Below are positions 62,200-64,000 of a DNA stretch of 64,000 bases, piece by piece. Every line of letters begins with the position of its first letter. Position 1 is the first letter of the stretch. The position numbers were made by a program, and so were the translations under genes. The notes beneath the pieces were generated by a model that saw nothing but the letters and a program-made list of their open reading frames with translations, did no database searches and was not told the origin of the DNA. Source of the stretch: Dipteris shenzhenensis (Eukaryota); NCBI GenBank assembly GCA_047967505.1, contig CM106538.1, one strand, 5' to 3'.

Positions 62200-63930
62200 G
62201 ATGTTCATAAAATCAATTTCACTAAGCAGAGCCATGTGCAAGCCATGCTCGAGTACAAAGACAAAATCGATTTTTACCATAAGATTGAAAGGTGTTCAAA
62301 AAAGGAACTTTATGCATGTGTGTTTGAGCACAAGACCAAATTGATTTTTTAAGTGTGTAAAGCAAGAATCACGATTTCATATGTGGAGCTTAAGATAATC
62401 CACAGTATACCTTTTTTGAGCGACTTTGATTTTACATACTGAAAAATGCAATTTTAGCATAGGAAGAGGTGTCTACTGCCCCAAATCGTGTTTTTCAACT
62501 GTTGTTGAAATTCATTACTCACACAAATCTTGGCCAATAGAAACACTAGTGGAATTGATTGTTGCATGTAAAAAATGGAGTACCTCTTGCATCTTCGTCC
62601 ATCGTATTTTGTATTAGTGTTGACTCGTGAAGGCTATGCTTCTTGTAAGTCTCTCCTTTACAAATCTCGCCTTCTCGCATGAGCCTTCTTCTGCCGCTTC
62701 TCACAAGAGACTTCTCACTTCTGCTTCTAGAGCCTTATAGAGTGCCGCTTCTGCAAGAGACTACTTGCAAGGGCAAGACACTACTCACAAGAGCCTTATA
62801 GAGTGCCACATCTCGCAGGAGCCTTATAGAGTGACGCTTTTGTCGCCACCAATCGTCTCTCAGATTTGGTGCATGGTGCGAGACTACAAGGCCAAGTAGT
62901 GAATCATGACAATCCCAAACGAGGCGCACACCTGAAGATAGTAGATGAATCTTTACAAATGGCTATTGGACCCACCACGCTGTTAAAAGCGAGTTTCCAA
63001 ATAAAGCTATACAACCAAAAATAGCAAGCTTCCATATAAAGAGACATGTGGGTCCATTTTGGCTCAAAGTCATAGGGAGATGCGAGGCAGCAATTCGTCA
63101 TCACATAAGGTAGATGCGAGGTAGCGATTGTTGTCAACAAGTTCATGCAAAGACCAAAGACATTATCCTACTCGCAATTACCTCCCAGGTTGGTTCAGTT
63201 TTCTGCTTTAAATCTCCTTATGGTAACTCAAGCGTGCACAAAATCGTGAGAGCCGTGTTTATGTTGAAAAAAGTGATTTCAAATGTGTGGGCTTGGGCAG
63301 AATGGCCATATCGCATTTTTCAGCATGTTTAAGCATCTCTTGGAAAAATCAATTTCCCATGCTATATAGAGATTTGCATCACCTTGATAGCAAATGTAAA
63401 TTTCATGCTACAAAAATCAATTTATTGTGTGGAGGTAGAGGTAACATGCCATATCGCCTTTTTGAGAATCTATGAATGGCAATCATGAATATTTCGTTGA
63501 AAAAGGCGATTTCACATCTCTAGATTTGGGCAACATGCTAGATAGGTTTTTCGAGCGTGTTTCAATCAAAATTAAAAGAGCGGGTTTTTCAAATTGATAT
63601 CTTCCTCGGAAAAATGTGATTTTATGTAGGGAGGTGTTGGGTAACAAGGGAAATTGCTTTTATGAGTGAAATTGCTTTTATGAGCAAAATAAACTCAAAG
63701 TCCGCTCGAGAAAGCAATTTGTTGCTTCTTAGCAAACCAATCCACAGCAAATCGCTTTTTTGAGCATGATTTAAACATTATCTAGGCTCTATGTCAAGAT
63801 TCAATCACAAATGCACAATTTGATGCTTCCTAGCAAGCTATCTCAAACAAACTCTCTTTGTGGAGCATCTTGTATAGAAATTTCTAAATAACAAAAAATG
63901 TGCAGCATCTTTTGATGATTTGAAATCTCA
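62200..63930. repeat. Dispersed short motif array (aaatcgcttttt / aaaaagcgattt variants in both orientations) plus 3 copies of gagccttatagagtg
   Basis: The motif recurs irregularly, e.g. at about 62263, 62483, 63268, 63452, 63500 and 63749. It resembles transposon subterminal repeats. Confidence 0.5.
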
Positions 63931-64000
63931 ATCTGTTAGAAAACACAATTTCATAATGTCGCACGGTATTGTTTCATATCATATCACTTTTTTAAGCTAT

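Overview
This is eukaryotic, land-plant-type DNA (probably a non-seed plant, which is an inference). It holds one clearly intact host gene followed by about 62 kb of nested transposon-derived sequence. The gene is the 3' part of a spliced cytochrome P450 of the CYP711A/MAX1 type (+ strand, five exon segments visible, stop at 1846). Downstream elements with readable ends are: a 903-bp Mutator-like foldback element with a 9-bp TSD; a decayed Ty1/Copia retrotransposon (9492-16177, minus); a solo Gypsy-like LTR; several MITEs; a very young non-coding LTR element with identical 342-bp LTRs (56053-58976); and a CACTA left end (59007). A Sola1-type DDD transposase pseudogene lies at about 25.4-27.8 kb. 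The most unusual part is about 28-52 kb. Three arrays of a hairpin-forming ~181-bp satellite, with a 7-monomer higher-order repeat, alternate with decayed transposon-type genes. One of these is a ~1,100-codon ParB/DGQH-like gene whose central 2.4 kb has been inverted at short inverted microhomologies. Clusters of an 18-bp perfect palindrome sit upstream of TATA-like boxes in the same block. All family assignments come from motif recognition by eye; no database search was run.
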